Shown here: in pieces, positions 7,096 through 10,467 of the stretch
How the letters are laid out: each line of letters begins with the position of its first letter
Numbering within the stretch: position 1 is the first letter of the stretch
Source of the DNA: Candidatus Fraserbacteria bacterium
Lineage (GTDB): Bacteria; Bipolaricaulota; Bipolaricaulia; RBG-16-55-9
Direction of reading: 5' to 3'
Assembly (NCBI GenBank): GCA_037442925.1
Contig: JBBIPG010000066.1
Coordinates: 1-10,467 of the forward strand
DNA length: 10,467 nucleotides
Notes under the pieces: generated by a model
What the model was told of the DNA's origin: nothing
The model's database searches: none
Seen by the model: only the letters and a program-made list of their open reading frames with translations
Translations under genes and position numbers: made by a program

Positions 7096-7263
7096 CTCTT
7101 TGAAGGTGATTATATAGATTTCATTCGCTTCCACGACAAGCGCCATCCACGAGAGATGGGCGTGCACAAGACCAGCCTGAATCAGCTCCTTAAATGCATA
7201 CGCATCGAGAATTGCAATGTGCGAGAAGGTCTGGTTACCATAAGGCATGAACCCCTGGCCTGA
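7093..7263 (+). pseudogene. intI: Integron integrase (IntI) remnant
   Basis: A start-less open frame reads [56 protein letters not shown]. FIRFHxxRHPxxMG is the IntI N-terminal signature (IntI1: FIRFHGVRHPATLG). It is divergent from the cassette, the usual integron layout. Confidence 0.72.
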
Positions 7264-7301
7264 ACGCGACATCCATCAGAGAAGTCATTCCGGAGGCAAG
7301 C

Positions 7302-9056
7302 ATGTCAACAGAAGGTGAACGAGATGGGCACCGTAAGATGAGCGCGAACGAATCCCCTGCTCCCTCCAACTTCATTAAGAAGATCATCGATGAGGACATA
7401 GCCAAGAACACCTTCGGTGGTCGGGTTCATACCCGGTTTCCCCCGGAACCCAACGGCTATCTGCATATTGGACACGCCAAATCGATCTGTCTCAACTTTG
7501 GCCTCGCCCAAGAATATGGTGGCCTATGCAATCTGCGCTTTGATGACACGAATCCCACAACAGAAGAAGCGGAATATGTGGAAGCGATGAAAGAAGACAT
7601 CCGCTGGCTAGGGTTCGATTGGGAAGATCGGGAGTTCTATGCTTCAGATTACTTCGATCAACTCTATCAATTCGCCGTCCAACTCATCAAGGAAGGCAAG
7701 GCGTACGTGGATAGCCTGAGCCCCGAGGAGATCAAAGAGCACCGTGGCCCCTGGTATGAGCAGGGCAAAGTGAGTCCCTACCGCCATCGATCCGTCGAAG
7801 AAAATCTGCAACTGTTTGAGCGAATGCGCGCCGGGGAATTCGCAGAAGGCACTCATACTCTACGCGCCAAGATCGATATGACTTCACCCAACATGAATCT
7901 GCGAGACCCCATTCTCTATCGCATCATCCACGCGAAGCATTATCGCACCGGAGACAAATGGTGCATCTACCCGACGTACGACTTCGCCCACGGGCAGAGC
8001 GATTCTATCGAAGGCATCACCCATTCCATCTGCACTCTGGAATTCGAAGACCATCGCCCGCTCTATGACTGGCTCCTCGATGCGTTGAAAATCCACCGTC
8101 CCAAGCAGATCGAATTCGCCCGCCTCAACCTCAGCTACACGGTGTTGAGCAAACGAAGGCTGATTGAACTGGTCGAAGGCGGATATGTGAGTGGCTGGGA
8201 TGATCCGCGGATGCCGACGATCTCCGGAATGCGGAGGCGCGGCTACACACCAGAGGCCATTCGCAATCTTTGTGAGAAGACGGGCGTGTCCAGAGTCAAT
8301 AGCGTCATTGACATGGCTATGCTCGAAGACTGTGTCCGTGAGGATCTGAACAAGCGTGCGCCTCGGGTGATGGCCGTGCTGCGCCCTCTGCGCGTCGTCA
8401 TTGAAAATTATCCGGAAGACGGAGTCGAATATCTCGATGCCATCAACAATCCCGAGGACCCCAGCATGGGGACCCGCAAAGTCCCCTTCTCCCGTGTACT
8501 CTACATCGAACGGGACGATTTCATGGAAGACCCACCACCGAAGTTCTATCGTCTCGCGCCCGGTCGTGAGGTCCGACTGCGATATGCGTATTTCCTCAAA
8601 TGTGTAGGGGTGGAGAAAGACGAGAAGACGGGCGAGATTGTGGAGCTGCGTTGTACCTACGATCCAAAGACGCGGGGTGGTCATGCCCCAGACGGACGCA
8701 AGGTCCAAGCGACGATTCACTGGGTCTCAGCAAGACACGCCATGGAGGCTGAGGTGCGCTTGTACGATCGGCTCTTCCTCAAAGAAGACCCCACGGACGT
8801 GCCGGAAGGAGTAGATTGGAAGACGAATATCAATCCGAACTCGCTGGTGACGTTGACCTCGTGCCAAGTGGAGCCGAGTTTGGCGGGCGCCAAGCCGGGG
8901 CATCGATACCAATTCGAGAGACTGGGTTATTTCTGCGTCGATCCTGTCGATTCTTCCCCAGAGAAGCTCGTATTCAACCGGACGGTATCATTGCGTGATC
9001 CCTGGGCCAAGGCCATGAAGACAGAGAAGAGATCAGAAAAAGGAGGAGAACCATGA
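7302..9056 (+). CDS. glnS: Glutamine--tRNA ligase
   Basis: [69 protein letters not shown] and [15 protein letters not shown] at 7292-7296. No C-terminal YqeY domain. Confidence 0.97.
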   Translation: MSTEGERDGHRKMSANESPAPSNFIKKIIDEDIAKNTFGGRVHTRFPPEPNGYLHIGHAKSICLNFGLAQEYGGLCNLRFDDTNPTTEEAEYVEAMKEDIRWLGFDWEDREFYASDYFDQLYQFAVQLIKEGKAYVDSLSPEEIKEHRGPWYEQGKVSPYRHRSVEENLQLFERMRAGEFAEGTHTLRAKIDMTSPNMNLRDPILYRIIHAKHYRTGDKWCIYPTYDFAHGQSDSIEGITHSICTLEFEDHRPLYDWLLDALKIHRPKQIEFARLNLSYTVLSKRRLIELVEGGYVSGWDDPRMPTISGMRRRGYTPEAIRNLCEKTGVSRVNSVIDMAMLEDCVREDLNKRAPRVMAVLRPLRVVIENYPEDGVEYLDAINNPEDPSMGTRKVPFSRVLYIERDDFMEDPPPKFYRLAPGREVRLRYAYFLKCVGVEKDEKTGEIVELRCTYDPKTRGGHAPDGRKVQATIHWVSARHAMEAEVRLYDRLFLKEDPTDVPEGVDWKTNINPNSLVTLTSCQVEPSLAGAKPGHRYQFERLGYFCVDPVDSSPEKLVFNRTVSLRDPWAKAMKTEKRSEKGGEP

Positions 9057-9655
9057 AGCCGCTCAAAGTATTTCTCTTGCTGATATTGGTAGTTGCAGCC
9101 GTCAGTGCCTGCTCGTTGCTGAATCCGCCTCCACCTCCATCGCCATCCAGCAATCCACTCATGGCACTCTCCAGTGCGGATGAGCAACTGAGAGAGCAAG
9201 TGAAGCTGGCGATGCAGCGGGCAGCGGAAGAGGCAGGGATATCGATCCAAGCGAATAACCTCGTCTTTGTCTCGCGGGATGATGTTGTGGTCGCACATGC
9301 CTTGGTTACGGGCTTTGACTCCCTGAAGTTACAGCAACCCAACCGGGTAGCGGATGTTGGATTCGCCTTTCTCGCATTGCCTGCGCAACTGGGCGTACCG
9401 AGGGGCTTCTATAAGATTAGAATCTTTGTGCCAGAGGCAAGAGCGGAGCTGATCAACGCAGATGGCAGTCCAGTTGCCGTGTTTCCTCTGGAGCAAGGCC
9501 ATGAGTTATCTAGCTCACGTCCGCTGATCTATGCCACGGGCTGCCGCGTGACCTTGATCTATCAGCAAGTTAAGCAAGGACTCGGGATTACCCCCATCGA
9601 AGCCGCTGTGCCATTGGATTGGTGCAAGCTGGTGGGTCCGACGGGGGAACACTAA
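9053..9655 (+). CDS. Hypothetical lipoprotein with Pro/Ser-rich tether
   Basis: Signal peptide [20 protein letters not shown] (lipobox VSAC) followed by [20 protein letters not shown] and an ATGA overlap with glnS. Confidence 0.8.
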   Translation: MKPLKVFLLLILVVAAVSACSLLNPPPPPSPSSNPLMALSSADEQLREQVKLAMQRAAEEAGISIQANNLVFVSRDDVVVAHALVTGFDSLKLQQPNRVADVGFAFLALPAQLGVPRGFYKIRIFVPEARAELINADGSPVAVFPLEQGHELSSSRPLIYATGCRVTLIYQQVKQGLGITPIEAAVPLDWCKLVGPTGEH

Positions 9656-9720
9656 GCGAGGGACTATCGCCCGAAGCACCCAAGCAGCGGCACGCCCTGG
9701 AAGGAAGTTGACTCACCCCT

Positions 9721-9749
9721 TTGACAACACTGCCTCCATTTCTTACCCT
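9721..9749 (+). promoter_or_regulatory. Sigma70-like promoter of the cupin gene
   Basis: TTGACA (9721-9726), 17 nt, TACCCT (9744-9749). SD AAGGAGG at 9791-9797. Confidence 0.6.
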
Positions 9750-9804
9750 GATCCAGCCGGATCGCACTGGTCTGGGTGCGTCTGGAATGTAAGGAGGTCG
9801 AGCC

Positions 9805-10155
9805 ATGGAGTCGAAGATGCAGTCATTCTACCCTGAGTTGATCCAGAATCTACCGGACGCGGAGATTCCTATTCCCGGCGTTCGAGGAAAGCTTCTCCAA
9901 AGCGAGCAGGGCCAAGTCGTCTTCTTTGACATTCCAGCTACTGCCAAAGTCCCTCCTCACTCCCACGGGGCGCAGTGGGGAGTCGTGCTCGAGGGCGAGA
10001 TGGAGCTGACGATTGGCCCCGAAACACGCACCTATCGTAAGGGAGATAGCTATTTCATCCCAGCCGGCGTCACTCACGCAGCAACGTTTAAGACACGCTG
10101 TCGAGTCCTAGACCTCTTTGCGGACAAGGACCGCTATCGAGTCAGAACTCGGTGA
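9805..10155 (+). CDS. Cupin domain protein
   Basis: Cupin motif 1 PPHSH..QWGVVLEGE and motif 2 GDSYFIPAGVTH, with a strong SD. Confidence 0.9.
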   Translation: MESKMQSFYPELIQNLPDAEIPIPGVRGKLLQSEQGQVVFFDIPATAKVPPHSHGAQWGVVLEGEMELTIGPETRTYRKGDSYFIPAGVTHAATFKTRCRVLDLFADKDRYRVRTR

Positions 10156-10343
10156 TCTGGACATCCTTCGCCGGCGGGCATCCTGCTGCTCCCGTATTTC
10201 TTGTGGGTGAGCTCCGCGGCAGTGCTCAATTTCTCGATTTGGCAGCTCAATCCTTGAACTGAGTGAGGATCGAAGTGGGTTTCGCGTAGTGCTCTTGCTC
10301 AGGGTTATTTTGAACTTTGCTTCACTGCTCAATAGCTCTTCCG

Positions 10344-10467
<124 letters not shown>

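Noticed and set aside
7060..7272. 70-aa minus-strand ORF
   Set aside because: It is antisense to the IntI-like peptide, crosses the attI-like site and shows no family features.
7884..8720. Long antisense ORF (278 aa) opposite glnS
   Set aside because: It is an antisense shadow of a conserved gene.

Overview
A mostly housekeeping bacterial region (argF, ilvE, gltX, rsmD, glnS, a Pro-rich lipoprotein, a cupin, tRNA-Ala and a partial tRNA-Ile) interrupted by two decayed accessory modules that the ORF track does not reveal. (1) 76-1892: a frameshifted C-terminal remnant of a DUF1156-type DNA methylase and an internally collapsed DUF499 ATPase (a BREX-related defence locus) enclose an apparently intact RelE-family toxin-antitoxin pair. 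(2) 6590-7263: a relic integron between rsmD/Uma2 and glnS, made of a start-less integron-integrase fragment (FIRFHDKRHPREMG), a candidate attI with a 10-bp inverted repeat carrying divergent TATAAT boxes, one DUF4242 gene cassette and a well-formed attC site. The tRNA-Ile/tRNA-Ala pair, normally found in the 16S-23S spacer, is not followed by a 23S gene. All family assignments come from motif recognition by eye; no database searches were run.
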